Shown here piece by piece: positions 35,819 to 46,041 of a stretch of 50,531 bases of DNA (position 1 is the stretch's first letter; the number at the start of each line of letters is the position of its first letter). The stretch is taken from IMG/VR virus record IMGVR_UViG_3300044620_000612, positions 1 to 50,531 of that record. The stretch is one strand, 5' to 3'. Made by a program: the position numbers and the translations under genes. The stretch is from a virus. Taxonomy: Duplodnaviria > Caudoviricetes. The notes under the pieces were generated by a model, which saw nothing but the letters and a program-made list of their open reading frames with translations, was not told the DNA's origin and made no database searches.

Positions 35819-37159
35819 ATGAACACGATGAAGTTGAGAAATCTGTACGAGTCCCGAACCAAAGAAACCAATGGTCGCTGGCGTTTCCTAACCGAAATGC
35901 GCCAAGGCCTTGGTCTTTGCGACAAGGATGGCAACGACAACAAGGACTTTGCTGGCAACCGCATCTTGAAGGACAGGAATGTCCGTCCAGAGCAGTTCAG
36001 CCTGCAAGAGCTTGCTGAATCCATTGTTGGGCCTAGCTGGAGGCAGATTTTCAATCCTGAATCCGGCACAATGAATCAGTACACCGTAGCTCGTTCGCTG
36101 GTGGAGAGTGGTTTCCCCAATGAGCAACGGGCACTGGTTGAGGCCACTGGTTTTGGCCTTGATCCATCCGCCTTCCTGAACATCAATACTTTCACCTCCA
36201 TCGTTGGTGGACTGGTTGAAGTAAAGATTTTGGAAGCATTCCAAAATCCTGCTCTGATTGCTGATCGCCTGATGCCTGTTGAGTCCACAAAGCTCAATGG
36301 CCAGAAGATTATCGGTCTTCAGAACATTGGTGATCGTGCCCGTAAGCGTGGCCCCGGTGAAACTCATCCTCGTGCCCAATTCGGGGAGCGTTGGATCGAG
36401 ACTCCAGAAACCCGTGAAAACGCCTTGGCACTTGATGTTCTCAAGGAAACGGTTTTCTTTGATCTGACTGGTGCAATTCTCCAGCAGGCATCTAGCATTG
36501 GTACTGAGTTGGCATACCGTAAGGAACTTGAAGTGATTGATACCTTCCTTGGTATCAACAACTCCTTCAAGTACAACGGTACGGCCTACAATACCTATCA
36601 GACGAGCCGAACCCTTGGCTATCTGAATGCCCATACGAACCAGCTAGTGGATTGGACTTCACTCCAGTCTGCATATCTGCTGTTCACTCGCCAAGAAGAT
36701 CCCCATACCGGAAAGCGTTTGCTCATCACGCCGGATACCATTTTGGTAAATCCAGCAAGGATGGCAACCGTCAATCTGATCATTGGGGCATCCTCCACTG
36801 ATCGCCGTACCACTCCGGGTTCTACTCAGGCTACTGCTGCTGAATTGAACATTAGCAGCACTCCGGGTAATCCTTACAGTGGCCAGTTCAATGTTGTGAC
36901 CAGTCCTCTTGTCGAGCAGCGTTGCTTGGCAGCGGATGGTCTGAACTTGAATCAGGCTAACACTGACGGCTTGTGGTTCATGATGCAAGCTGGTAAGGCG
37001 TTCCGCTATATGCAGAACTATCCTTTGACCGTTACCCAAGCAAGCCCCAGCCAGTACGAAATGCTGGATCGAGGCATCGTAGCATCCTACTTCGCTGAAG
37101 AGCGAGGTATCCCAAGCGTCTGGAGTCCTTGGCACATTGCCAAGAACAACAACGCTTAA
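35819..37159 (+). CDS. Major capsid protein (HK97 fold)
   Basis: 446 aa; synteny; FFDLTGAI, PDTILVNP. Confidence 0.85.
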   Translation: MNTMKLRNLYESRTKETNGRWRFLTEMRQGLGLCDKDGNDNKDFAGNRILKDRNVRPEQFSLQELAESIVGPSWRQIFNPESGTMNQYTVARSLVESGFPNEQRALVEATGFGLDPSAFLNINTFTSIVGGLVEVKILEAFQNPALIADRLMPVESTKLNGQKIIGLQNIGDRARKRGPGETHPRAQFGERWIETPETRENALALDVLKETVFFDLTGAILQQASSIGTELAYRKELEVIDTFLGINNSFKYNGTAYNTYQTSRTLGYLNAHTNQLVDWTSLQSAYLLFTRQEDPHTGKRLLITPDTILVNPARMATVNLIIGASSTDRRTTPGSTQATAAELNISSTPGNPYSGQFNVVTSPLVEQRCLAADGLNLNQANTDGLWFMMQAGKAFRYMQNYPLTVTQASPSQYEMLDRGIVASYFAEERGIPSVWSPWHIAKNNNA

Positions 37160-37175
37160 CAATTGAGGCATACAG

Positions 37176-37376
37176 ATGAAACCCACCACATCTGATAAGC
37201 CTGTTGTTGCTGCGCCAATGATGAAGGCATGGGAAGTCGCTTATGGTGATTTACCCCGTGCCTTCATCAAGGCTTATGGCAGAGAACAGGCCAAGAACGA
37301 ATACCGAATTCGTTACCAGTTGCATGATAGTAGGCAACCAATCGCATCGGAGATAAAAGATGTCAGCGGAAACTGA
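37176..37376 (+). CDS. Hypothetical protein
   Basis: GAGG RBS after the MCP. Confidence 0.55.
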   Translation: MKPTTSDKPVVAAPMMKAWEVAYGDLPRAFIKAYGREQAKNEYRIRYQLHDSRQPIASEIKDVSGN

Positions 37377-37578
37377 TCTAGATCAGGCAATCGCAAACAT
37401 CTCTTCGGCGATCAAGGAAATAACTGCTAGTCCCAAACCCAACTATACGGTCGATGGTCAGACCGTATCTTGGGGGGATTATCTCGATACATTGACAACC
37501 AAGCTGGCATCATTGGTTAAGACTAAGCAGATTATCGGTGGCCCATATCAGCGCATGACAAGGATGAAATCCCGATGA
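37360..37578 (+). CDS. Head-tail joining protein (lambda gpW-like)
   Basis: Helix-YTVDGQTVSW-helix. Confidence 0.65.
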   Translation: MSAETDLDQAIANISSAIKEITASPKPNYTVDGQTVSWGDYLDTLTTKLASLVKTKQIIGGPYQRMTRMKSR

Positions 37579-37892
37579 AATACGCCAAAATTGACGCAGC
37601 TACAGCTGGATCAAACACTATTGTTGCTGCTGTTACAGGTAAAAGAATTTTGGTGTTACTGTATGCCATCACGAGTTCAGCGAACCAAAACGCATATTTT
37701 GCTTCAGGTTCTACAGCAATTACTGGAACAATGTATTTTGGGAATCACAGCAATACGATGGCAGCATATGGAGCAATGACTCCAGCTGGTACTGTTGGAG
37801 TGTTTAGAACCGAGATTGGCGAGGCCTTGAATTTGGTTCTAAGCGCATCAACAAGCCTTGGTGGTCATTTAACCTACATGGTAACGGACTAA
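37575..37892 (+). CDS. Small virion protein
   Basis: IVAAVTGKRILV...GEALNLVLS pattern. Confidence 0.6.
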   Translation: MKYAKIDAATAGSNTIVAAVTGKRILVLLYAITSSANQNAYFASGSTAITGTMYFGNHSNTMAAYGAMTPAGTVGVFRTEIGEALNLVLSASTSLGGHLTYMVTD

Positions 37893-37896
37893 TAAA

Positions 37897-38484
37897 ATGG
37901 CAAATCTCAGAACAGTATTGACAATTCAATACACTGATGAGTTGCCACCAGAAGAATCAATTCTTCCAGCTATTCCAGTTAAAGAAGAGAGAACTAAGCC
38001 CACTGGCATACTTTCAAAGGTAGGCGATTTCTTTACAAATTTATTTGGTAGATTTTCTGGGAAAAAGGCTAAAGACAAAGAAGTGGTTCAAGCTGAGCCA
38101 ACGATGGTTGAATTTGAACCTCCAGAGGTTGATAGAAAAGCTAGAAAGAAATATTTGCTTCAGTTTGCATCACAAATTGTTGAGAAACATAAGCAAAATA
38201 TTAATGTTAAGTATCCTCCAGCATCATTGCCGGGTGAATATCCAGCGAGACGATCTGGGAAACTGCAAAGAAGCGTTTACTACAAACCTCGTACTCCAGA
38301 ATCGCTTGAGGATAACAGCAGGATAAAAATTGGATATAAGAGTCAGGGAAAACCTGATCCTGCATTTTATTCTAAAATATTGGCTGGAAGAGGAAGACTT
38401 GGATTGGCCGATACGGCAGATAATATGCCAAAACCAAGTAAATTTGGTCAAATAGAAATACGCTATCCGGGGGATAGATCGTAA
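37897..38484 (+). CDS. Neck/tail completion protein (HK97 gp10-like)
   Basis: SLPGEYPARRSGKLQRS motif; synteny. Confidence 0.55.
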   Translation: MANLRTVLTIQYTDELPPEESILPAIPVKEERTKPTGILSKVGDFFTNLFGRFSGKKAKDKEVVQAEPTMVEFEPPEVDRKARKKYLLQFASQIVEKHKQNINVKYPPASLPGEYPARRSGKLQRSVYYKPRTPESLEDNSRIKIGYKSQGKPDPAFYSKILAGRGRLGLADTADNMPKPSKFGQIEIRYPGDRS

Positions 38485-38816
38485 TGCTAGATATATCGTC
38501 AGACTATGAAGTATTTGACAACAAAGAGAATATTTCATTTCAAAATATTGGCGAAAACTCTATAGTAATTTCAAATGTTATTCGCCGTCCAGCAAATCTT
38601 GCATTTGAAAGTGCTGCTGGAACAATTATGTACACTGTAGCAGTTGAATTTATTATTTGGAAATTAGAAGCACCTGTAACATTTATACCAAAATTAAATG
38701 CAAAAATTACAGACAATTTAGGAAAAATATATAATGTAGACAGCATTGAAGATGGCGTGTTACGATCTAGATGGAATGTAAAAGCTACTGCTCAAGCATC
38801 ACTTGGGGTTAATTGA
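38484..38816 (+). CDS. Head closure / head-tail adaptor
   Basis: Size, synteny, ITDxxGxxYNVDSI. Confidence 0.55.
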   Translation: MLDISSDYEVFDNKENISFQNIGENSIVISNVIRRPANLAFESAAGTIMYTVAVEFIIWKLEAPVTFIPKLNAKITDNLGKIYNVDSIEDGVLRSRWNVKATAQASLGVN

Positions 38817-39256
38817 TGGCTAGTTCAGTATTTTGGGAAGCACTGGTTTACACCAAGCAGCGTCTTGAGGCAATTCCAGCAATCCCAACTGTTAAAATTC
38901 GCAAGAAACCTGTACTGCTCCAAGAAGACACGATCCCGCTTATCCTTGTCACTCCGGGCAAGGAAAAGGTTGGGATGGAAGCATTTGAGCGGGTAGTCGA
39001 ATATATTTACGAAATTCAAATAACCATGATACGGCCCGGCAATCGTATATACGAAGCAGATGTTGAATCGTTCTTAAAATTAAGACAATCTATTAGAAAT
39101 AGTCTTTACCAGCCAAATCTTCCCGGTGCAGACACAGTAATTGATGCAATTATTGAAACAACCGCACCTTTTGATGTTGTATCTGGCGATGCAGGCAATT
39201 ATGATATATCTGGTTTAATTATTAGATATAAAAGTATTGAGGAGCGAGTTAGCTAA
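38813..39256 (+). CDS. Tail terminator-like protein
   Basis: Size and position before the tail tube genes. Confidence 0.55.
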   Translation: MMASSVFWEALVYTKQRLEAIPAIPTVKIRKKPVLLQEDTIPLILVTPGKEKVGMEAFERVVEYIYEIQITMIRPGNRIYEADVESFLKLRQSIRNSLYQPNLPGADTVIDAIIETTAPFDVVSGDAGNYDISGLIIRYKSIEERVS

Positions 39257-39738
39257 TGGCACTGAACTCTGCTTCAACATCATTGAGCTTATCGTGGGAT
39301 CAGCAAAAAACCCTTACTGGATTTGATTCAGTAAGTCAGGGGCCAGATGCCCTATCGCTATCCGTATCTCCAAATTTGACTGGAACTAATCCAGTAAATG
39401 TTGTATTCGCAGAGCAGCGAACCTTGGCAGCTGCTGGATCATACACCTACGACATGAGTACAGGGCTAACTGATTTCCTTGGAAATTCAATCGCATTGGC
39501 CCGAATTTTCGCCATTGCCGTTTCCTCATCCTCTGGAACAGTTGTATATGCTCCCGGTGCATCAAACGGTCTAGAGTGGTTCCTTGGCGGAACAAGCCCA
39601 ACTATTAGCATTCCAGCTGGGGCAGGTTTTATATTTACGACTCCCACTTTCCAAGCAGTTAGTGGAACCGACAAAACACTGACTCTTTCTAGTTCCGCTG
39701 GTGCTACCTACAAAATTGCATTTCTAGGAGGTCAGTAA
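39256..39738 (+). CDS. Virion structural protein
   Basis: Ser/Thr/Gly-rich beta protein in the tail operon. Confidence 0.55.
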   Translation: MALNSASTSLSLSWDQQKTLTGFDSVSQGPDALSLSVSPNLTGTNPVNVVFAEQRTLAAAGSYTYDMSTGLTDFLGNSIALARIFAIAVSSSSGTVVYAPGASNGLEWFLGGTSPTISIPAGAGFIFTTPTFQAVSGTDKTLTLSSSAGATYKIAFLGGQ

Positions 39739-39739
39739 T

Positions 39740-40180
39740 ATGGCTTATTACGCTGGCAAGACCGGGTTCCTCTCCATTACTCCTGTTGGCGGAACTGCCA
39801 CCCGTCTCCCTCTGGAAGAGTGGAGCTTGGAGCTTGAGACTGAGGAAGTAGAGTTCACCAATTTTGAATCATATGGAATGAAGTCATTGCTCGGTGGTAT
39901 TCGTGGTGGAACCGTTTCTGGTTCAGGTCAATTTGAGAGCGTTGCCGTTGGCACTGTCCTAGCCGACTTCCAAACCAATAGCGGTAAAGTTGTCGATGTT
40001 GAGCTTGGACTGCTCCAGACCGGAACTATTGGATTTACGGTTAAAGCCGTCCTTACCGGAATGACACTCGGCCACAATGTCAAAGAAAAGGCTACATTTG
40101 AATTTAGTGGCACATTGACCAATATGGACAACACTGGGGCAATTGTTGCTCTTCAGAATCAGTCTATTGCTGCTTCCTAA
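39740..40180 (+). CDS. Tail tube protein
   Basis: WSLELETEEVEFTNFES...GGIRGGTVSGSG; AGGAGG RBS. Confidence 0.8.
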   Translation: MAYYAGKTGFLSITPVGGTATRLPLEEWSLELETEEVEFTNFESYGMKSLLGGIRGGTVSGSGQFESVAVGTVLADFQTNSGKVVDVELGLLQTGTIGFTVKAVLTGMTLGHNVKEKATFEFSGTLTNMDNTGAIVALQNQSIAAS

Positions 40181-40192
40181 TGAGGTGATGCC

Positions 40193-40696
40193 ATGCCCTT
40201 CTATCTTGGTAAGGGTTCTGGTATTGTCTTCACTTCCGAGACTCGACCGGGAACCGTCCTTACTCTCTTTGCCGATGAATGGGGCATTGAGATTAAGGAC
40301 GAGTCCATTAATATCACAAGCATAAAACCACTTCGTGACAATAATGTCATAGATGATCTTTCAGCTGTTCCAGACTGGAAGAACTATGGCATTCCAATGC
40401 AAATGCTTAATGGCGGACTTCGTGAAACAGTAATTACTATTCACGGATTTGTATTTTATGACAACAGTGTAAGCGTTAATGATGGGGCAAGAATACCGAT
40501 TATTAACGAGCGTGGAAAACTTGAAATAAAATATAGTAATAACGCCGGGATTAAAAAAAACCTATTTAAAGCAGACAGTGTTGTTGTAATTAGTTCAAAA
40601 TTTGATATGTCAGTTACTGGTTCTTTAGAATATGATATAGAATTCAATGCTCTGACTACTGACATTGATTATGTAACCCACCCAGCGAAGGTTTAA
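40193..40696 (+). CDS. Second tail-tube-like protein
   Basis: YLGKGS...EWGIEIKDESINIT...GGLRETVITIHG parallels the preceding gene. Confidence 0.55.
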   Translation: MPFYLGKGSGIVFTSETRPGTVLTLFADEWGIEIKDESINITSIKPLRDNNVIDDLSAVPDWKNYGIPMQMLNGGLRETVITIHGFVFYDNSVSVNDGARIPIINERGKLEIKYSNNAGIKKNLFKADSVVVISSKFDMSVTGSLEYDIEFNALTTDIDYVTHPAKV

Positions 40697-40698
40697 TC

Positions 40699-41142
40699 AT
40701 GGGAATTAATACGCTTTCTGATTCACTTGGACAGTCTGGCGGATCAATTGAATGGACTTGCTCCAAGGGAAACAAATACAAAATCTCGCTAATGACGCTT
40801 GAAAAGCAGTCAGAATTTGAGCGGGCATTAGAGAAGCGGGCAATTGAGAAAGTAAGAACTCTGAAAGATGTTCTTGACAAAGATGAATACTCAGCAGAAA
40901 TATCCAAGGCAATCGAATCAATTAAAGATGGTCATTACATTTTTGGTGGCCCAGCTGCATCAGAAGCATTAAAAACTCTTTGGGGAATTTCCCATTTAAT
41001 GTCAATCCTAATCGGTGTGCCACCTAATGATGCCAGCATTATTATTGCTGAGAACAATGATATTGGCGAAATCATGGAAATGGTGATTGAAAGATCTTTC
41101 CCGGTGGCATCGGGAAAGGGGAAGAAGGGGGAGGGCCAATAA
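40699..41142 (+). CDS. Tail assembly chaperone (gpG-like)
   Basis: Between tube and tape measure; slippery site near its end. Confidence 0.75.
   Translation: MGINTLSDSLGQSGGSIEWTCSKGNKYKISLMTLEKQSEFERALEKRAIEKVRTLKDVLDKDEYSAEISKAIESIKDGHYIFGGPAASEALKTLWGISHLMSILIGVPPNDASIIIAENNDIGEIMEMVIERSFPVASGKGKKGEGQ
41112..41118 (+). other. Programmed -1 frameshift site G GGA AAG
   Basis: Same heptamer as lambda G/GT, in the correct phase; the -1 frame stays open to 41414. Confidence 0.85.
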
Positions 41143-41414
41143 GGCCAAATTGGCCACAGCTTGTCGCTGGATTAGTGGATGAGCCATATTGCCTGACAAT
41201 GGATCAGGTGGCAAAGCTAACCATGAGGCAAGTATCACTAATTTACTACCGGGAGCGTGACAGAAAAACCGGAGTTCCAAAGAAGATAAACCCAAGCTGG
41301 GATAATAGTGTAGACGCTGTTTACCAGCAGTTTATTTCGATGGGCCTCTTTTTCGGAAAGTCCATAGAAGAACTACAGGCGGAGTGGGACAAAGCAAATG
41401 GCAACTCCAGCTGA
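41112..41414 (+). CDS. Tail assembly chaperone frameshift extension (gpGT-like)
   Basis: -1 frame reads GKGEEGGGPIRPNWPQLVAGLVDEPYCLTMDQVAKLTMRQ. Confidence 0.75.
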   Translation, partial: GKGEEGGGPIRPNWPQLVAGLVDEPYCLTMDQVAKLTMRQVSLIYYRERDRKTGVPKKINPSWDNSVDAVYQQFISMGLFFGKSIEELQAEWDKANGNSS

Positions 41415-43002
41415 CAATCTAGACACAATGGTTGCATCTCTTGGATCAATCCAAGGAGTAATGTCCACTGTTAATTCCTCAGTCCAGTATTCAATTGCTG
41501 CGATAACTAATATAAGCGCAGGAATTGCAACTTTAGACATGACAACTAAGGTTGCAGCAAATGGGCTTTACCAGCAACTTGCACGATTAAATAATAATGT
41601 TGTGGGTGCAATACAGGCCAGTGGTGGCAGTGGTGTTGCAAATTTAACAACAGTTGAAACATTATTAAACAGCATTGAATCAAATACTGGGCTATTAAAT
41701 GGTGTTATTTCTGGTCTTGCAACTATTGATATGACAGTAAAGATTGCTGCAAACGGTCTTTATCAACAAATTGCAAGGCTAAATAATAACCTTGTTGGAG
41801 TAATTAGGGCTACAGGTGGAAACAACATAATTGCCAATATGTCAACATCAGAGGCTTTGCTTACATCTATAGATAGAAATATATTAGCACTTCTTAGATC
41901 TACAAATTTGAATGCAAATAAAAAACCTTACAATAGCAATCAGAAAAAAAATAAGAAGAAAAATGGCGAAGAGGATTTTGTAAAAGGCGAGGCAAGTTTT
42001 AATAAAGCATTGGCTGGAGTTACTGGTGGAATTGGAACGGCATTTGTTTCAATTACAACTGAACTTGCAAAATTTGGATTTCAAATAAAAGCAGCTGCAT
42101 CAAAAGGTGGATTTGCTGGATTTGCAGGAGTAATGGGACTTATTGCCACAGCAGCAGCTGGAATACCTGCTGCATTCATGAGCATAGTTTCACTTGGAAA
42201 GTCATTTGTTAGCGCACTTGATCCAGCATTAATGCAACAACTTGAACTGGCATTTGCCAATTTAAGCGCAGTAATAGGAGTTGCGTTTACACCAATAATT
42301 TCAGCAGCAGTTGTTATTTTCCAAATGATGGCAGACCAACTAAAGCCAGTAATGGAATTCCTTGTTCCAGCAATAAAGAATTTCGCTTTAACCTTAATAG
42401 ATATAGCTGTCCCGTATGTGGAAATGCTGGCTTATTCTTTAGCGGAAATGGGGCCAGTAATTGAGAATTTGACTGGATTAATGCAACCGCTTGCATCAAT
42501 GATAATGCCGTTAGTTATCGCTGGTTTTAGAGGAATTGCAACAATATTGAATGTAATTATTGGTGTTTTCAATTTTGCTATTGCTGGGGTTTATGCGTTA
42601 ATCGGAGCATTTAATAAAGCAGCTAGTTGGCTAGTTAGTTGGGTTAGTAAGGATAGTGCAAAAGCATTGGATAAAAGCGCACAAGACGCATTTGATAATG
42701 TGAAAAAATATGGCGATCAGGGAATGAAATCTTTCTCTGATGCTTTTGGAGATGTTAGCCAAAAGGTTGCTCCAGCTGTAAAAGGTGGCGGGGCTGGAAT
42801 GGCAGCAAGGCAAGCTAGTTATGCAGGCATATCTGACCTTGGAAAGAGCATGATGCAAGCTGCATTTGGTTCAAGCAAAGAGGCAGTTGCCAACCAGCAA
42901 CTTGAACAGCAAAGAAGAGCAGCTGATGGAATTGATCGTCTCGTTGGACTTGGATTGAGACAAGACAACGGCAATAGAAGGCAAGCAGGAGTTCGTGGAT
43001 AA
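41398..43002 (+). CDS. Tape measure protein (short, 534 aa)
   Basis: Ala-rich helical and hydrophobic segments; follows the chaperone pair. Confidence 0.8.
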   Translation: MATPADNLDTMVASLGSIQGVMSTVNSSVQYSIAAITNISAGIATLDMTTKVAANGLYQQLARLNNNVVGAIQASGGSGVANLTTVETLLNSIESNTGLLNGVISGLATIDMTVKIAANGLYQQIARLNNNLVGVIRATGGNNIIANMSTSEALLTSIDRNILALLRSTNLNANKKPYNSNQKKNKKKNGEEDFVKGEASFNKALAGVTGGIGTAFVSITTELAKFGFQIKAAASKGGFAGFAGVMGLIATAAAGIPAAFMSIVSLGKSFVSALDPALMQQLELAFANLSAVIGVAFTPIISAAVVIFQMMADQLKPVMEFLVPAIKNFALTLIDIAVPYVEMLAYSLAEMGPVIENLTGLMQPLASMIMPLVIAGFRGIATILNVIIGVFNFAIAGVYALIGAFNKAASWLVSWVSKDSAKALDKSAQDAFDNVKKYGDQGMKSFSDAFGDVSQKVAPAVKGGGAGMAARQASYAGISDLGKSMMQAAFGSSKEAVANQQLEQQRRAADGIDRLVGLGLRQDNGNRRQAGVRG

Positions 43003-44081
43003 TGGCAATCGAACCATCATCAAGAGAACTATACGAACTTCTCGATAGGAACTCTCCATCAAAAGCCACATTCCAGACGGATGGTGGTTCTGCCAATATG
43101 GATTTCATTATCGAGCGTCAAAAGCTCGGTGCAATGGTAAGCGAAATACTTGGAAGTGTATATAAAGCTGGTGATGGAACTGGAATGCTTGTTCGTAGGC
43201 TCCCGGCAGCGCATCCATATTACGATTGGCTTTATGCCTCAAAGATAACAAATATTGAAGGTATCCGTCCATATGGCAGAGAGCTTGGCGAGAATTATCA
43301 ACGAGATAAAAGCCTAAATTATATTTACGATTTCGTTACTTACGAACAGTACAAAGTATCAGTTCAATTTGAACCTCGCCCTTACCTTATGATAAACGAT
43401 GCGGATTTGAAAGGTAAGCAAGAGCAGAAGAAATGGTACTACAATCTTGCAGAAGACTTTGTTAATTTTACTGATCCAAAAGAATACTTGCGGTTCGTAG
43501 ATGTTGAATGTGAACCTGCTGCTGAATTCCTTTCAAGTCCGCAAGGCCAATTCCGATTCAAGACATCTGACAATACTGCACCCGGTGGCCCTCCTCCTAA
43601 CGGTGGTAGCTCAGTTACGAATCAAAATGGTGGTGGAATCAATCTGCTAGTGGTTAAGCGGAAGATAAAATTTACATGGTTCTTTGTTCCATACGAAGTC
43701 ATATTTTCAGAAAATGTTGTCTCTGGTTTTGGGAAAGTCAACCAATATGATTTCTATGGATTTCCAGCTGGTTCGCTTCTGCTGGAGGGTACAGAGGTGA
43801 AGCGTTACCCACCTCCTGAACAGCTAATTAAACCTGACCCAGTAAATGCTGGCCCAGTGGCTCAGAAACTGTGTGATATTACATTTGTATTCAATTGTCT
43901 GATGCAACCGCAAAAGGATTTAAGTACCAAGATTCCAGCAAGCACTGGATTCAAGAAAACATATGGCCACAACCTCCTGCCCCGTGCAGGAGAATTGAAA
44001 TATTACTATGTAGAAGGCGATTTCAATAGCAGACCAGTCTACGAGTCTTATCCGATGGAGAGGCTTTTTCAGGTGATATAA
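43002..44081 (+). CDS. Tail tip / distal tail protein candidate
   Basis: Position after TMP; LPAAHPYY...GKVN...FYGFPAGSLL. Confidence 0.6.
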   Translation: MAIEPSSRELYELLDRNSPSKATFQTDGGSANMDFIIERQKLGAMVSEILGSVYKAGDGTGMLVRRLPAAHPYYDWLYASKITNIEGIRPYGRELGENYQRDKSLNYIYDFVTYEQYKVSVQFEPRPYLMINDADLKGKQEQKKWYYNLAEDFVNFTDPKEYLRFVDVECEPAAEFLSSPQGQFRFKTSDNTAPGGPPPNGGSSVTNQNGGGINLLVVKRKIKFTWFFVPYEVIFSENVVSGFGKVNQYDFYGFPAGSLLLEGTEVKRYPPPEQLIKPDPVNAGPVAQKLCDITFVFNCLMQPQKDLSTKIPASTGFKKTYGHNLLPRAGELKYYYVEGDFNSRPVYESYPMERLFQVI

Positions 44082-44082
44082 T

Positions 44083-44490
44083 ATGGCAATGCAAGAAGTA
44101 AGAAATATTGGCGGAAAGAATCAGGTAGTAACACCTGATTGGTTCGTCGCACGAATTACGGAGGTTGGTGCAAGCCAGATTGGAAGCGGAACCTGTATTG
44201 GCTATCCTCATGGATGGTTGGAACAGACTGTTTGCAAAAATGCAATTGGATATGAAGACGCACCAGTTGAGTCAGCAGATTCCGGTACATTGGCCGATAG
44301 CGACAATCTTGCCTACATGATTGGTGGTGGTCAGGCAACAGTCGATGATCTTGTTCTAATGCGAATTAAAGGCATTGATACTGACGGGAAGACTATATAC
44401 GAATTTCAGCCAAGAGGTGGTGGTGGTGGTGGATCTGGATTTGTGACATCAGTCCAGTGTACTGGTGGATATTTGATTGTGAGCTATTGA
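44083..44490 (+). CDS. Minor tail protein
   Basis: Tail operon; poly-Gly hinge near the C-terminus. Confidence 0.55.
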   Translation: MAMQEVRNIGGKNQVVTPDWFVARITEVGASQIGSGTCIGYPHGWLEQTVCKNAIGYEDAPVESADSGTLADSDNLAYMIGGGQATVDDLVLMRIKGIDTDGKTIYEFQPRGGGGGGSGFVTSVQCTGGYLIVSY

Positions 44491-44492
44491 TA

Positions 44493-44942
44493 ATGGCAAC
44501 TTTTGACTGCAAAACACTGGCACCCGGCCTAACTTATAATCCTGCATATTTTCCATGCTGGGGGCTAAGAGCATTACCTGCAACCATGTCATTTTCTGCT
44601 GGCCCATCAACGCCAATTCCTCCAAATACAAGCTGCAATACTGGCTGGCCAACAACGGTTGTAACTGGAACACTCACCAGAACTGGGCCTTGTGATTTCG
44701 CATGGGGATATTCAACTGGTTCATTTGGAATCCTCTTCGCTTGGACTGGTGGCGATGTTCCACTTAGCTGCACGATTGACCAAGCAGAATTATATCCAAG
44801 CTGGTCATTGAACAATGTAACTGGAACTCCAACTGGTTCATGTTCACAAAATCCTTCGACTGGAATTGTCACATTGACATTCAATGGGATCATCTCAGAC
44901 GGATTTTGTACTGCTCCAATAACAGTAACTTTTAGTGGGTGA
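44493..44942 (+). CDS. Cys/Thr/Gly-rich minor tail protein
   Basis: ATG 44493 (MATFDC) directly after the upstream stop. Confidence 0.55.
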   Translation: MATFDCKTLAPGLTYNPAYFPCWGLRALPATMSFSAGPSTPIPPNTSCNTGWPTTVVTGTLTRTGPCDFAWGYSTGSFGILFAWTGGDVPLSCTIDQAELYPSWSLNNVTGTPTGSCSQNPSTGIVTLTFNGIISDGFCTAPITVTFSG

Positions 44943-44945
44943 CGC

Positions 44946-46040
44946 ATGGCCACTCACGGGCCTGTTTATCAACTTTCTGGGAATTGCGTAGTAACTCCCA
45001 GTAGATTATGTATGCCATTTAAAGAGTTTTGCATCCATACTCTGATGCACTCTCCCGCAATTGGTCAACCTATTGATCCAGAGGCTGGAACATTTGGTTG
45101 CATGGCTAGTCCACAAACAACGAATCTTGGAACTCAATTCCTTCCTCAGCCAAAGATTCCAAGCAATATCAATCGTGCGCCAGTATACGGAAGAACATCT
45201 GATAATTTGACTCTCGATTTTTATTACCAAGTAGCTGATCTTGCTCCTTGGAGATCAAGGAAAATACTTGGAATTTCCGATCCATACAACAAAAAGACTT
45301 CGGGGCCAGCTGTATACCAAGGGCATATGGTGACAGAGGTTAGGAGAAGGTTACGAGGAGCATCTCCAAATAACGCCAATTATGTTGGCCGATACTCGCA
45401 TTATTTTACTGATTCTAATACACCAATAAATGGAGAAGCAGACTGGTTGCGATTCATGCATCCAGCTGGATTATTCTGGACAAATAAAGGACTTTCTGAG
45501 CCATTCAAGGCAACTGATTACTATGAAGACACTGACCAGTACCCAATATTCACGGACAACTATAATCAATATTTCATTCCATTCTGTTCTCCCCTGAATG
45601 TCTATAACGAAATTGGCCAGCTTATTGGCCAGCACATTGGCTACACAATGATCTTTGAGTTTGGATTCGCCTACAATCGAGTTCCAATCAAGATAAATTT
45701 GCCAGAAGATTACTACATTAACCCGCAACCTGTTCCGCCAATAAAGGTGACTCCTGAAAACCAATTCATGTCACTGGACTGTCATTTATTCATGGTTAGT
45801 GCGCCAGTTGGTGGTGGTGACGGAGCTACTGAAATAAGATCTCCACTCTTAAATTCGGTGCGCTATTGGTTCTACAATAAGCCAACATCCACATACAATA
45901 TTTGTTCTCCATACATATATCTAAGTTGTGGCCTAACAACATCAGAATGGAAATTTGATGTGACATTTAACCACTATGGAGGCGGAAGCGAAGTAATAAA
46001 GTTTGGAATATCAAACCTACAAATTTATGTGACTCCATAA
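44946..46040 (+). CDS. Minor tail protein
   Basis: 364-aa ORF tightly packed in the tail operon. Confidence 0.55.
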   Translation: MATHGPVYQLSGNCVVTPSRLCMPFKEFCIHTLMHSPAIGQPIDPEAGTFGCMASPQTTNLGTQFLPQPKIPSNINRAPVYGRTSDNLTLDFYYQVADLAPWRSRKILGISDPYNKKTSGPAVYQGHMVTEVRRRLRGASPNNANYVGRYSHYFTDSNTPINGEADWLRFMHPAGLFWTNKGLSEPFKATDYYEDTDQYPIFTDNYNQYFIPFCSPLNVYNEIGQLIGQHIGYTMIFEFGFAYNRVPIKINLPEDYYINPQPVPPIKVTPENQFMSLDCHLFMVSAPVGGGDGATEIRSPLLNSVRYWFYNKPTSTYNICSPYIYLSCGLTTSEWKFDVTFNHYGGGSEVIKFGISNLQIYVTP

Positions 46041-46041
46041 A

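Noticed and set aside
35888-36634. 248-aa antisense ORF over the major capsid gene
   Set aside because: Typical shadow ORF of a codon-biased gene; no motifs.
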